A DNA stretch of 64,000 bases from an uncultured Acetatifactor sp. GTDB taxonomy: Bacteria; Bacillota; Clostridia; Lachnospirales; Lachnospiraceae. The stretch is taken from positions 65,134 through 129,133 of the forward strand of contig CANQOL010000003.1 of NCBI GenBank assembly GCA_947625475.1, in the 5' to 3' direction. The position numbers and the translations under genes are program-made. The notes below the pieces were generated by a model. It did not search any database and was not told the DNA's origin. It worked only from the letters and a program-made list of their open reading frames with translations. This document shows, in pieces, positions 29,217-38,816 of the stretch (its first letter is position 1; every line of letters begins with the position of its first letter).

Positions 29217-29554
29217 TAGGTCAAACTTTTTTTGTAATCAGGCGCCCTGGCCTTTGGCTGGGGCGCTTTGGCCGTATATTGTTGCTCCAGCTGCATGTAA
29301 TGCTGACGGATGCATTCATCAAGTGTGGATTAGGAAGTAAGAGAAGAATATGGCGATTCAGCAATAAATTTTGCGGCGGGAAGGTCTGGATAACCTGCAT
29401 GGAGAACATTGTTTTGCGAAAGGTCACAAATGCACGGGATTGCAAAATTGCAGAAGCAGACAAAGAAAATAAAAAGAGAAGCAGATATATTTATAGAATA
29501 CAATATTCAATTCGATAAATTGATATTAAAATTTTAGAGCATTAAAAAATATTG

Positions 29555-29583
29555 TTGACGAAGCAGTTAATATGTGGTAGTAT
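29555..29583 (+). promoter_or_regulatory. Promoter of sRNA copy B (TTGACG, 17 nt spacer, TAGTAT).
   Basis: Same hexamers as copy A but a different spacer sequence. Confidence 0.45.
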
Positions 29584-29590
29584 TTTTTTA

Positions 29591-29678
29591 GAAAAGGTGT
29601 TACCGTAAAGCAACGGTTCGCCTTGGTTGGTTATCTTCAAAAAAGCAACCTAACTTTGGCTGGTGCGGTTGCTTTTTT
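29591..29678 (+). ncRNA. Second copy of the sRNA, identical over ~95 nt to 26546-26634 including the terminator. The opposite-strand peptide ORF is degenerate (27-39 aa).
   Basis: Exact sequence identity with copy A. The opposite strand retains only ...HQKSNRTSQS* with a truncated hydrophobic N-part (MSIYILFVLQSFLRKNR...). Confidence 0.45.
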
Positions 29679-29778
29679 GATGTCTATTTTTTCTGAGAAA
29701 TGATTGCAAAACGAACAGTATGTATATTGACATCCCACCAAAGCCGTAACAACATGGACACGGCATACCGCCAAAGCC

Positions 29779-29910
29779 GTGAGGACGGCATATACTCCCT
29801 CCAGGGGCGTGAGAGGACGCCGACTCTTAGCGAGGTCTTTTCGAGCTTAGAGTCGCTGCGTCCGAACCCGAGCGAAAGCGCCCCCTGGAGGGAGTATATG
29901 CCGTCCTCAC
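29779..29910. repeat. Large near-perfect inverted repeat (31-bp arms separated by 69 nt that themselves form an internal imperfect hairpin), giving a ~130-nt stem-loop element.
   Basis: Left arm GTGAGGACGGCATATACTCCCTCCAGGGGCG pairs with right arm CGCCCCCTGGAGGGAGTATATGCCGTCCTCAC. Inner pairings are GACGCCGACTCTTAGC and GCTTAGAGTCGCTGCGTC. Confidence 0.5.
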
Positions 29911-29914
29911 GGCC

Positions 29915-29962
29915 CCCATCCTGCCTCCCAACCCATCCTGCCTCCCAACCCATCCTCAAACC
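29915..29962. repeat. Tandem repeat, 17-nt unit CCCATCCTGCCTCCCAA x 2.8.
   Basis: Read directly from the sequence, immediately 3' of the palindromic element. Confidence 0.6.
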
Positions 29963-30134
29963 GGCCCAGCCTGTCCCTTTGACCTATTCCCACCTGTTTT
30001 CAACCTGCCTCTTTGACCTATCTCCCAGCCTGAAATCCTCCCCCAACCCGCGAAATAACAATTGCCTTTCCCCCACCGACCCCTTATAATAAACTCAGGA
30101 TCTCAAAACCAGATCCGGAAAGGACATAAAAAAT

Positions 30135-30752
30135 ATGAAGGTTTTACTGCTGAACGGAAGCTCCCATGAAAAAGGCTGCACCGACGCCGCCCTGCAGGAG
30201 GTATCCCGCGCCCTGAACGAGGAAGGAATCGACACCGAGATCCTTTTCCTTGGCAACGCCGGGATCCCGGACTGCATCGCCTGCGGCGGATGCCGGGAGA
30301 CAGGAGAGTGCGTATTCCACGACATTGTAAATGAGATAGTTCACAAGGCCAAGGAGAGCGACGGCTTCGTATTCGGTTCCCCCGTCTACTACGCCCACCC
30401 CAGCGCCAGACTCCTGACCGTGCTGGACCGGGCCTTCTATTCCGGCGGCGCAAACTTTGCCTTCAAGCCGGCGGCCGCCGTCTGCAGCGCCAGAAGGGCA
30501 GGAAACACCGCCTCCTTCGACGTGATCAACAAATACTTTACCATCAACAGCATGCCCGTGGTTTCCTCCAACTACTGGAACCATGTGCACGGCAACACCC
30601 CTCAGGAGGTGGCCCAGGACAAGGAGGGACTTATGACCATGTACAACCTGGGCAAAAACATGGCCTGGCTGCTAAAATGTATCCGCCTGGGCCAGGAAAA
30701 CGGACTCCCGCATCCTGTGAACCAAAAGATTGCCACCAATTTTATCCGCTGA
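30135..30752 (+). CDS. NADPH-dependent FMN reductase / flavodoxin-like iron-sulfur flavoprotein.
   Basis: MKVLLLNGSSHEKGCTDAAL... is the flavodoxin-like fold N-terminus of the FMN_red family. A CxxCxxxxxC cysteine cluster (DCIACGGCRETGEC) is typical of Isf-like proteins. Confidence 0.55.
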   Translation: MKVLLLNGSSHEKGCTDAALQEVSRALNEEGIDTEILFLGNAGIPDCIACGGCRETGECVFHDIVNEIVHKAKESDGFVFGSPVYYAHPSARLLTVLDRAFYSGGANFAFKPAAAVCSARRAGNTASFDVINKYFTINSMPVVSSNYWNHVHGNTPQEVAQDKEGLMTMYNLGKNMAWLLKCIRLGQENGLPHPVNQKIATNFIR

Positions 30753-30778
30753 ACCGGATTCTGCGGCCAGGGGAGATA

Positions 30779-32617
30779 TCAGCTCTCCTTCCGCAGGGCC
30801 GCCCGCTTGCGCTGGGTGGCATCCAGAATCTTTTTGCGGATCCGAAGACTGGAGGGAGTCACCTCCAGCAGCTCGTCCGTGTCGATGAAGTCCAGAGCCT
30901 GCTCCAGGCTGAGGATCTTGGGAGGGGTCAGACGCAGGGCTTCGTCGGCGCTGGAGGAGCGGGTGTTCGTCAGCTGCTTCTTGCGGCACACATTCAATTC
31001 GATATCCTCTCCCCGGCCGTTCTGACCCACCACCATGCCGGCGTAAACCTTCTCGCCGGGTCCGATAAACAGGGTGCCCCTCTCCTGGGCGTTGAACAGA
31101 CCGTAGGTGATGGCCTCCCCCGCCTCAAAGGCGATCAGAGAGCCCTGCTTGCGGTAGGTGATGTCCCCCTTGTAGGGGCCGTAGCCGTCGAATACGGTAT
31201 TCAGGATCCCGTTTCCCTTGGTGTCTGTGAGAAACTCTCCCCGATAGCCGATCAGGCCTCTGGCGGGGATGGAGAACTCCAGCCGGGTGTAGTCGCCCCC
31301 GGTGATGGAGCCCATATTCCGAAGCTCCCCCTTTCTCTGGCTGAGCTTCTCGATGACAGTCCCGGAAAATTCGCTGGGCACGTCGATATAGGCCAGTTCC
31401 ATGGGCTCTGTCCGCCTGCCCGCCTCGTCCTGGCGGTAGAGGACCTCCGCCTTGCTGACCGCGAACTCATAACCCTCCCGCCTCATACTTTCAATCAGGA
31501 CGGACAGATGCAGCTCGCCTCTGCCGGAAACCTTAAAGCAGTCCGGGGAATCCGTTTCCTCCACCCGCAGGGAGACATCCGTGTTCAGCTCCCGCATGAG
31601 CCGCTCCCGCAGATGACGGCTGGTGACATAGCGCCCCTCCAGGCCCGCCATGGGGGAGTCGTTGACCATAAAGTGCATGGCGATGGTGGGCTCGCTGATC
31701 TTCTGGAAGGGGATGGGCACCGCATGCTCCGGGGAGCAGAGAGTGTCGCCGATGTGGATGTCGCTGATGCCGGAGATGGCCACAATGGAGCCGATGCCCG
31801 CCTCCCGGACCTCCACCTTCTTTAATCCGTCGAATTCATAGAGCTTGCTGACCTTGACCCGGGTCTGCTTGTCGGGCTCATGGTGGTTGACGATCACCAC
31901 CTCCTGTCCCACGCTGATGACGCCGTTGTCCACCTTGCCCACTCCGATGCGCCCCACATATTCATTGTAGTCGATGGTGCTGATGAGGACCTGGGTGCCA
32001 GCCTGGGGATCCCCCTCGGGGGCCGGGATGGCGCTCAGGATGGTCTCAAAGAGGGGCTCCATGCTGGTGCCGGGCTGATCCGCATCCAGGGAGGCCACCC
32101 CTGTTTTGGCCGAGGCGAACACAAAGGGGCTCTCTAACTGGGAGTCGTCCGCGTCCAGCTCCAGAAACAGCTCCAGCACCTCGTCCACCACCTCCCGGGG
32201 CCTTGCCTCGGGCCGGTCGATCTTGTTGACGCACACCACCACGGGGAGCTTCAGCTCCAGGGCCTTGCGCAGCACAAACTTGGTCTGTGGCATGGGGCCC
32301 TCGAAGGCGTCCACCACCAGGATCACCCCGTTCACCATCTTCAGCACCCGCTCCACCTCGCCGCCGAAGTCCGCGTGCCCCGGCGTGTCCACGATGTTGA
32401 TCTTGGTGCCCTTGTAGGTGACGGCCGTGTTCTTGGAGAGGATTGTGATGCCCCGCTCCCTCTCTATCTCGTTGGAATCCATGACACGCTCCGCCACTTC
32501 CTGATTTTCCCTGAATACGCCGCTCTGCTTGAGCAGCTCGTCCACCAGAGTGGTCTTGCCGTGGTCCACGTGGGCGATAATGGCCACATTCCTGATATCG
32601 TTTCTTTTCTGCCTCAT
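30779..32617 (-). CDS. typA: Translational GTPase TypA/BipA.
   Basis: The G1 motif reads [19 protein letters not shown]. Length is ~612 aa. The RBS GGAAGGAG precedes the ATG at 32617. Confidence 0.85.
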   Translation of the reverse strand: MRQKRNDIRNVAIIAHVDHGKTTLVDELLKQSGVFRENQEVAERVMDSNEIERERGITILSKNTAVTYKGTKINIVDTPGHADFGGEVERVLKMVNGVILVVDAFEGPMPQTKFVLRKALELKLPVVVCVNKIDRPEARPREVVDEVLELFLELDADDSQLESPFVFASAKTGVASLDADQPGTSMEPLFETILSAIPAPEGDPQAGTQVLISTIDYNEYVGRIGVGKVDNGVISVGQEVVIVNHHEPDKQTRVKVSKLYEFDGLKKVEVREAGIGSIVAISGISDIHIGDTLCSPEHAVPIPFQKISEPTIAMHFMVNDSPMAGLEGRYVTSRHLRERLMRELNTDVSLRVEETDSPDCFKVSGRGELHLSVLIESMRREGYEFAVSKAEVLYRQDEAGRRTEPMELAYIDVPSEFSGTVIEKLSQRKGELRNMGSITGGDYTRLEFSIPARGLIGYRGEFLTDTKGNGILNTVFDGYGPYKGDITYRKQGSLIAFEAGEAITYGLFNAQERGTLFIGPGEKVYAGMVVGQNGRGEDIELNVCRKKQLTNTRSSSADEALRLTPPKILSLEQALDFIDTDELLEVTPSSLRIRKKILDATQRKRAALRKES

Positions 32618-33031
32618 AAAGACTCCTTCCCTATACCTGCAGGGAACCCTTAAGGGCTCCAAAAATCCTGTCGAACTGTCACATCGTAAGGATTTCCGTC
32701 AACCGATTTTTCCCGACGGATCTCAAACTGTTATAGTATAGCACCATTTATGTTTTGATGCAAGAAATTGGGAGAGTTTTTTCGCCCTGTATTTCTTTTT
32801 CGGAAATTCTTCTCTGCACGTTCGGACAAAGGGACAGTCGAGCATTGTCGACTTTTTACCTTGATTGTCGAAGCGTGCGGTGTATTTCAGTTTTATTTTG
32901 GATGAAAATACGGTATATTTTTAAATATATCACATAACTGACGGCAGAGGGAATTCCGCCGGACCGGAAGGGGACGGGAGAGGCGGAGGTGTGCCAGAAA
33001 AAATCTTAGTGTGTAAGAAGGGAGAACAGGA

Positions 33032-33667
33032 ATGATGGATAAGGTTATTGAAAACAATCAGGTGACGGTCATGGGGGAGATCATAAGCGATTTTTCCTAC
33101 AGCCATGAGATCTTTGGGGAAGGATTCTACATGGTGGACGTAAAGGTACAGAGGCTGAGCGAGAGCTTTGACGTGATTCCGCTGATGGTCTCGGAGCGCC
33201 TGCTGGATGTGACGGCGGATTACAAGGGGATGTACATCTGCGTCAACGGCCAGTTCCGCTCCTACAACCGGCATGAAGAGCGCAAAAACAGACTGGTGCT
33301 CTCCGTATTTGCCCGGGAGGTGGAGTTTGTGGATCAGATTGAAGAGAGCTCCAAGACCAATCAGATCTATCTGGACGGCTATATCTGCAAGGAGCCCATC
33401 TACCGGAGGACGCCCCTGGGAAGGGAGATCGCGGATGTTCTGCTGGCTGTGAACAGACCCTACGGAAAGTCGGACTACATCCCCTGCATCTGCTGGGGAA
33501 GAAACGCCCGCTATGCGGGAACCTTCAAGGTGGGAGAGCGCTGCGCGGTGTGGGGCAGGATCCAGAGCAGAGAATATATGAAAAAGCTGGATGAGGAGAA
33601 TGTGGAGAGAAGGGTCGCCTTTGAGGTCTCCGTGAGCAAGCTGGAGCTGATAGAGGAGGAGCCGTAG
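33032..33667 (+). CDS. Protein with two tandem OB-fold, SSB-like domains (function unknown; not a canonical ssb).
   Basis: Two segments resemble SSB cores: NQVTVMGEI...FYMVDVKVQR and NQIYLDGYI...DVLLAVNRPYGKSDYIPCICWGRNA...GERCAVWGRIQSREY. The acidic C-tail and a ribosomal-gene context are both lacking. Confidence 0.35.
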   Translation: MMDKVIENNQVTVMGEIISDFSYSHEIFGEGFYMVDVKVQRLSESFDVIPLMVSERLLDVTADYKGMYICVNGQFRSYNRHEERKNRLVLSVFAREVEFVDQIEESSKTNQIYLDGYICKEPIYRRTPLGREIADVLLAVNRPYGKSDYIPCICWGRNARYAGTFKVGERCAVWGRIQSREYMKKLDEENVERRVAFEVSVSKLELIEEEP

Positions 33668-33853
33668 GCGCGTGGGCCCCGTCCGTCCTCCCGCGCAGGG
33701 CAGGACGCCGCCGGCATGTTATTGCGCCGCCGGCACGTCATTTGCGCAGGGTATTGTCAAATTATGGAACATGTGTTATCCTTTTTACTGATATGTGAGG
33801 TTGAGCCTTAGAGAACGGACCGAGGAAGACCTTGGAAGGGAAAAGGTGCAGGG

Positions 33854-34336
33854 ATGAATATGGGAAGTATTTACATATACGCGGGGTACGGGCGGGGCAA
33901 ATCCTCCGCAGCCATGGGCAGGGCGGTCCAGGCGGCCGCCGAGGGAGGAACGGTGGTCATCATTCAGTTCCTGAAGGGGAAGGGACTCTCGGACAATGAG
34001 TTCATGCGCAGGCTGGAGCCGGAGATCAAGGTCTTTCACTTTGAAAAATCGGAGGAAAACTATCAGACCCTCTCTGAGGATGAGAAGAAGGAGGAGTACG
34101 AAAATATCCGCAACGGCCTGAACTTTGCCAAGAAGGTGCTGACGGTGGCGGAGTGCAGCCTGCTGATCCTGGATGAGGTGCTGGGACTGATCGACGAGAA
34201 TATCATCACCGCGGAGGATCTGAAGGGCCTCCTGGAAAACCGCCGGGAGACGGATGTGATCCTGACGGGATATTCCCTGGGGGAGGAAATCCAGGCTTTG
34301 GCGGACGGCGTTTCCCGGATCGACACTATAAAATAG
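33854..34336 (+). CDS. Cob(I)yrinic acid a,c-diamide adenosyltransferase-like P-loop protein (CobO/CobA/BtuR family).
   Basis: The N-terminal P-loop-like IYIYAGYGRGKSSAAMGRA resembles the IYTGxGKGKTTAAxG motif of the family. Size is ~160 aa. Confidence 0.45.
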   Translation: MNMGSIYIYAGYGRGKSSAAMGRAVQAAAEGGTVVIIQFLKGKGLSDNEFMRRLEPEIKVFHFEKSEENYQTLSEDEKKEEYENIRNGLNFAKKVLTVAECSLLILDEVLGLIDENIITAEDLKGLLENRRETDVILTGYSLGEEIQALADGVSRIDTIK

Positions 34337-34479
34337 AAGGGACGCCCCGGGAAAAGGTATTTTGTGCGCCCGGGGCATTGACAAGAGACCGTTATGATGC
34401 TATGATGGAGCAAATGCGGCAGGTTAATGAAATAGGGTAGAGGTTGCGCGTTTTATCAGTAGCTTTCCGGATGCGTCAG

Positions 34480-34682
34480 GCGCAGAGGACGGGAAGGGAA
34501 AGGAAAACGCGCCGAAAGAGGCGGTGCCTGTTCACCGCATCTTGGGCATGGGGTTAAGAGCCACATGACTGTCATCTGTATTTTAGATGGGGCGCTATCG
34601 GAAGAGAATATCAGAGGGAAGGTTTTGGAGAAGAGATTTCCCGGATATCAGTCGTCGGCGCGTTATCGTGCCGGCGTTTTTG
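34480..34682 (+). promoter_or_regulatory. Probable lysine riboswitch (L-box) with an intrinsic-terminator expression platform, in the dapA-dapB leader.
   Basis: Conserved L-box blocks are present: GGAAAGG, GCGCCGAAAG, ACTGTCA and TGGGGCGCTATC. The terminator GTCGGCGCG...CGTGCCGGCG plus TTTTT lies at 34652-34682. The element sits upstream of lysine-biosynthesis genes. Confidence 0.5.
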
Positions 34683-34754
34683 TATCCGGATACGGAGGGG
34701 AGATCCCCGGCGTATCCCTCACCACACAGGAAAAGAGAAAGGAAGGAAAAAGGT

Positions 34755-35639
34755 ATGGCTATCTTTAAGGGAGCGGGAGTGGCGATCGTAACGCCCATGC
34801 ATGAGGACGGGACCGTCAATTATGAGGCGTTTGCCAGACTCCTGGAATTTCAGATTGCAAACGGCACGGACGCCGTTATCGTGTGCGGCACAACGGGGGA
34901 GTCCTCCACGCTGACCCATGAGGAGCATCTGGATGTGATCCGCTATTGTGTGGAGGCGGTAAAGGGCAGGATCCCGGTGATCGCGGGAACCGGCTCCAAC
35001 TGCACGGACACGGCGGTGTATCTGTCCGCCGAGGCGGAAAAGTACGGGGTGGACGGACTGCTTTTGGTATCCCCCTATTACAATAAGGCCACCCAGAACG
35101 GCCTTTACGTTCATTACAGGACGGTGGCGGAGTCTGTGAAGCTGCCCATCATCCTGTACAATGTGCCCAGCCGCACCGGCTGCAATATTCTGCCGGATAC
35201 GGTGATGCGGCTGTGCAGGGACTGTGAAAATATCGTGGGAGTGAAGGAGGCCAGCGGCAATATCAGCCAGATCGCAAGACTGGCCGCCATGGCCGGGGGG
35301 ACCATCGATATCTATTCGGGCAACGATGACCAGATCGTGCCCATACTGGCGCTGGGAGGAAAGGGTGTGATCTCCGTTCTCTCCAATGTGGCGCCCAGAC
35401 AGACCCATGAGATCTGTGAAACGTTTTTCCGGGGCGATGTGGAGGAAAGCTGCCGGATGCAGCTGGAGGCCATGGAGATGTGCGACGCCCTGTTCTGTGA
35501 GGTGAATCCCATCCCGGTGAAGAAGGCCCTCAATCTGATGGGCATGGAGGCCGGGGTCACCAGGCTGCCCCTGACCGAGATGGAGGAGGCGGACAGCGCC
35601 CGCCTGAGGAAGGCCATGGAGAACTACGGGCTTTTGTAG
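34755..35639 (+). CDS. dapA: 4-hydroxy-tetrahydrodipicolinate synthase.
   Basis: IVTPM...G, the GTTGE motif, a Schiff-base lysine context and YNVP are all present. Start MAIFKGAGVAIVTP has the RBS GGAAGGAAAAAGG. Confidence 0.85.
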   Translation: MAIFKGAGVAIVTPMHEDGTVNYEAFARLLEFQIANGTDAVIVCGTTGESSTLTHEEHLDVIRYCVEAVKGRIPVIAGTGSNCTDTAVYLSAEAEKYGVDGLLLVSPYYNKATQNGLYVHYRTVAESVKLPIILYNVPSRTGCNILPDTVMRLCRDCENIVGVKEASGNISQIARLAAMAGGTIDIYSGNDDQIVPILALGGKGVISVLSNVAPRQTHEICETFFRGDVEESCRMQLEAMEMCDALFCEVNPIPVKKALNLMGMEAGVTRLPLTEMEEADSARLRKAMENYGLL

Positions 35640-35701
35640 GCCGGCGGTTTTGAGAGGATGATATGCTTCCCGGGGCCCGGGAGGGCGCAGCCGGGGAAAG
35701 G

Positions 35702-36484
35702 ATGGAGAAAAGTATGGTCAGACTGATCATGAATGGATGCAACGGAAAGATGGGGCAGGTCATCAGCCGTCTGGCGGCCCAGGATCCGGAGGTGGAGCTG
35801 GCGGCGGGGATCGATATCGCCGATGACGGGCACAACCCTTATCCGGTGTTTTCGGATATTTTCAAATGTGATGTGGAGGCGGATGTGCTGATTGATTTCT
35901 CCACTGCCTCCGCGGTGGATCGGGTGCTGGATTACTGCGTGGCCCGCTCCCTGCCCTGCGTGCTCTGCACCACGGGCCTCGACGAAAAGCAGCTGGAGAA
36001 GGTGAAGGAATGTTCGGAGCAGATCCCTTTGCTCCGCTCAGCCAACATGTCCATGGGGATCAACCTGCTGCTAAAGCTGGTCAGGGAGGCTGCCGGCGTG
36101 CTGGCCCAGGCGGGCTTTGACGTGGAGATCGTGGAGAAGCACCACAATCAGAAGCTGGACGCTCCCAGCGGGACGGCGCTGGCGCTGGCGGACGCCATTA
36201 ACGGCGAGCTGGGAGATTCCTACCGCTATGTGTATGATCGGAGCGGCCGCCGGGAGAAGAGGGACAGCCGGGAGATCGGCATCAGCGCCGTGAGAGGCGG
36301 CACCATTGTGGGGGATCACGATGTGATCTTTGCGGGGGAGGATGAGGTCATCACCTTCTCCCACAGGGCCTACTCCAAGACCGTCTTTGCCCAGGGCGCC
36401 ATACAGGCCGGAAAGTTCCTGGCCGGGAAAAGCGCCGGTATGTATGATATGAGTCACGTAATCGCGGACAGCCTGGCAAAATGA
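35702..36484 (+). CDS. dapB: 4-hydroxy-tetrahydrodipicolinate reductase.
   Basis: An N-terminal Rossmann fold (NGCNGKMG) is present. The motif EIVEKHHNQKLDAPSGTA (E-H-H-x-x-K-x-D-A-P-S-G-T-A) is canonical DapB. Confidence 0.8.
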   Translation: MEKSMVRLIMNGCNGKMGQVISRLAAQDPEVELAAGIDIADDGHNPYPVFSDIFKCDVEADVLIDFSTASAVDRVLDYCVARSLPCVLCTTGLDEKQLEKVKECSEQIPLLRSANMSMGINLLLKLVREAAGVLAQAGFDVEIVEKHHNQKLDAPSGTALALADAINGELGDSYRYVYDRSGRREKRDSREIGISAVRGGTIVGDHDVIFAGEDEVITFSHRAYSKTVFAQGAIQAGKFLAGKSAGMYDMSHVIADSLAK

Positions 36485-36582
36485 GAGCGCCGGCTGTGAA
36501 GTTCAGATAAGAGGGATGCCACAGGGATCTCCCTGTGGCATCCGTCTTTTGCCTGTGCAGCTTTTGAAAGTACCGGTCTGTT

Positions 36583-37170
36583 TTAGTTGGAGCCGCTGCC
36601 GGTCATGTCGTTCATCAGGCCGTTCACACCGTCTGCCACGCCGTTGACCACGTCGTCCACAGCGTCGCCGGCGTCCTCAAGCAGAGAGCCGCCGTTCCCG
36701 GAGCTTCCCGCGCCGGATCCCTCGGTGACGGAATTGTTGTTCCCGGGGCCGTTCATACCGGTGCCGTTGTCAGTTCCCGAGCCTGTGCCGGAACCGGCGG
36801 AGCCGCTGCCGGCGTGACTGCCGTCCGTGCCTGTGGTGTTCCCGTTCCCGGCAGAGTCAGTCCCGGATTGTCCCGGGGTGGAGCTGCCGGTGCCGTTCCC
36901 GGCGGTGTTGTTGTCTTCTGCTGTATCAGAAGCGCCTGTGCCGGAACCGGCTGAGTCGCTGCCGCCTGCGTTGTTGGTGTTGGAGCTGCCGTTCGTACCG
37001 GTGCCGCTGCCAGAGCTGCTCTCGGTGCCGGAGCCGGCGGCACCGTTCCCGGCCATATCGCCGGTGCTGCCGCCGTTGTTTCGAGCCGTGCAGGCTGTCG
37101 CCATGCACATATAAGCCATGATCAGGCCAAGTACAATGAGTTTTTTGGATCTGAATTTTAACTTACCCAT
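36583..37170 (-). CDS. Low-complexity Gly/Ser/Thr/Asn-rich lipoprotein of unknown function.
   Basis: Signal peptide plus lipobox (MCMATAC). The rest of the 195-aa protein is Gly/Ser/Thr/Asn-rich low-complexity sequence. Confidence 0.45.
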   Translation of the reverse strand: MGKLKFRSKKLIVLGLIMAYMCMATACTARNNGGSTGDMAGNGAAGSGTESSSGSGTGTNGSSNTNNAGGSDSAGSGTGASDTAEDNNTAGNGTGSSTPGQSGTDSAGNGNTTGTDGSHAGSGSAGSGTGSGTDNGTGMNGPGNNNSVTEGSGAGSSGNGGSLLEDAGDAVDDVVNGVADGVNGLMNDMTGSGSN

Positions 37171-37300
37171 GTTATCCTCCTGTTTGTTTGGTTTTTGGCT
37201 CTGAGGATAGTATGCGTATGCGCCCCGGAATTATTCATTTGGGAAAAAATGGAAAATTGCCGTCCCCTGCCGGGGAGGGGCACAGAGAGGGAGGTGTGCC

Positions 37301-38083
37301 GTGGAATTCCGGCCCTGTATCGATATTCATAACGGGAAGGTAAAGCAGATTGTGGGCGGGAGCCTCCGGGACCGGGGGGATCGGGCCAGGGAGAACTTTG
37401 TGTCCGCCCGGGACGCGGCCTATTACGCGGAGATATACCGGAATGCGGGAATCCGGGGAGGACATGTGATCCTCCTGAACGGCCGGGAGAGCAGCCGTTA
37501 CCCGGACACAAAGAGGCAGGCCCTGGGAGCCCTGGCGGCGTACCCGGGGGGCCTCCAGGTGGGCGGCGGGATCGGGGAGGACAATGCCCTGGAGTTTTTG
37601 GAGGCGGGAGCTTCCCATGTGATCGTCACATCCTATGTGTTCCACGACGGGGAGGTGGATTACGGGCGCCTTCGGTCCCTTTCCCGCACGGTGGGCAGGG
37701 AGCGGCTGGTGCTGGATGTAAGCTGCCGGAGGGCGGAGGGGGAGTACCGGGTGGTTACGGACCGGTGGCAGAAGCTCACCGGAGAGAGGGTCTGCGCGGA
37801 GCTCCTGGACCGTCTGTCGGAGTATTGCGCGGAGTTCTTGGTTCACGGAGTGGATGTGGAGGGGAAAAACAGAGGCATTGAAAAGCCCCTGGCCAGGATG
37901 CTGGGGGAGTGGGGGAAGATCCCGGTTACCTACGCGGGGGGAGTCCACAGCTATGAGGACATAGAGCTTCTGCGGCGTCTGGGGAGAGACAGGGTGCATG
38001 TGACGGTGGGAAGCGCCCTGGATCTGTTCGGGGGAGAACTGAGCTTTGAGGAAATTCAAAGGAGGGTCAGCGCGCCCCTTTAG
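37301..38083 (+). CDS. hisA: ProFAR isomerase of the HIS6 (eukaryote-like) subtype of the HisA/HisF family.
   Basis: The N-terminus MEFRPCIDIHNGKVKQIVGGSL closely resembles yeast His6 (..CIDLHNGEVKQIVGGTL..). GTG start follows the RBS GAGGGAGG. It stands alone, with no his operon in the window. Confidence 0.55.
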   Translation: MEFRPCIDIHNGKVKQIVGGSLRDRGDRARENFVSARDAAYYAEIYRNAGIRGGHVILLNGRESSRYPDTKRQALGALAAYPGGLQVGGGIGEDNALEFLEAGASHVIVTSYVFHDGEVDYGRLRSLSRTVGRERLVLDVSCRRAEGEYRVVTDRWQKLTGERVCAELLDRLSEYCAEFLVHGVDVEGKNRGIEKPLARMLGEWGKIPVTYAGGVHSYEDIELLRRLGRDRVHVTVGSALDLFGGELSFEEIQRRVSAPL

Positions 38084-38098
38084 AGGGTATTTCAGGAC

Positions 38099-38136
38099 AA
38101 AAAAAGCTGTGTACCGGGAAGTACACAGCTTTTCTC
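38099..38136. terminator. Bidirectional intrinsic terminator between hisA (+) and csp (-).
   Basis: AAAAAAAGCTGTGTAC-CGGGA-AGTACACAGCTTTTCTC has a perfect 11-bp stem flanked by A/T tracts on both sides. Confidence 0.55.
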
Positions 38137-38257
38137 TAATCTCATAAAACGATATTGCAAATTCTAAATAAATGTTGACATTCTATTTAAGAACAGGTAC
38201 ATCGTGTTACTGATTATTTTTGATGCTTTTGAAACATGAAACAGATGTTTCTGTTTC

Positions 38258-38458
38258 TTATAACTTTGTTACATTTACGGCCTGAGGTCCCTTTTCTCCG
38301 TTTACTACCTCGTACTCAACGGAAGCGCCCTCTTCCAGAGACTTGAAGCCTTCCATATTCAGTCCGGAGTAATGAACGAATACATCGTTTCCATTCTCAT
38401 CGGAGATGAAGCCGTAACCCTTTTGGTTGTTAAACCACTTTACCGTACCTTTGTTCAT
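38258..38458 (-). CDS. Cold-shock protein (CspA family).
   Basis: [18 protein letters not shown]...DVFVHYS contains the RNP-1/RNP-2 motifs. The RBS GGAGG precedes the start. Confidence 0.85.
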   Translation of the reverse strand: MNKGTVKWFNNQKGYGFISDENGNDVFVHYSGLNMEGFKSLEEGASVEYEVVNGEKGPQAVNVTKL

Positions 38459-38816
38459 TGCAAATACCTCCAAAAAATAGATATGTTGTTTTCCACAACA
38501 TCATTAGAATAGCACACCTATGAAAAAATGTAAAGGGATTTATGTAAAAAAATACGCAAAAATTAAAATTCTCCCGGGAGCACTGTCCAGATAGACGAAA
38601 GATAGATTCATTTTCCGTCATTTTGCTGAAATTTTTCTCAAAAAAGAGGAAAAATGACAAAAAAAGTAGAATTTTCTTGGAAAGATGTTACGAAAATATT
38701 AAAATATCGTTGAGCAGGGAGAGGACTTGTGCTACAATGTCCACAGAAAGAGCGAAACACTGCCCGGACGGTTCCCGGCGGGGAGGCAGCGGGCATGAGG
38801 GAAACGGAGATCGGAT

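Noticed and set aside
29700-30089. 129-aa ORF spanning the palindromic element and tandem repeats
   Set aside because: The ORF is generated by the inverted repeat and the 17-nt tandem repeats. It is proline-rich and low-complexity, and it has no RBS.
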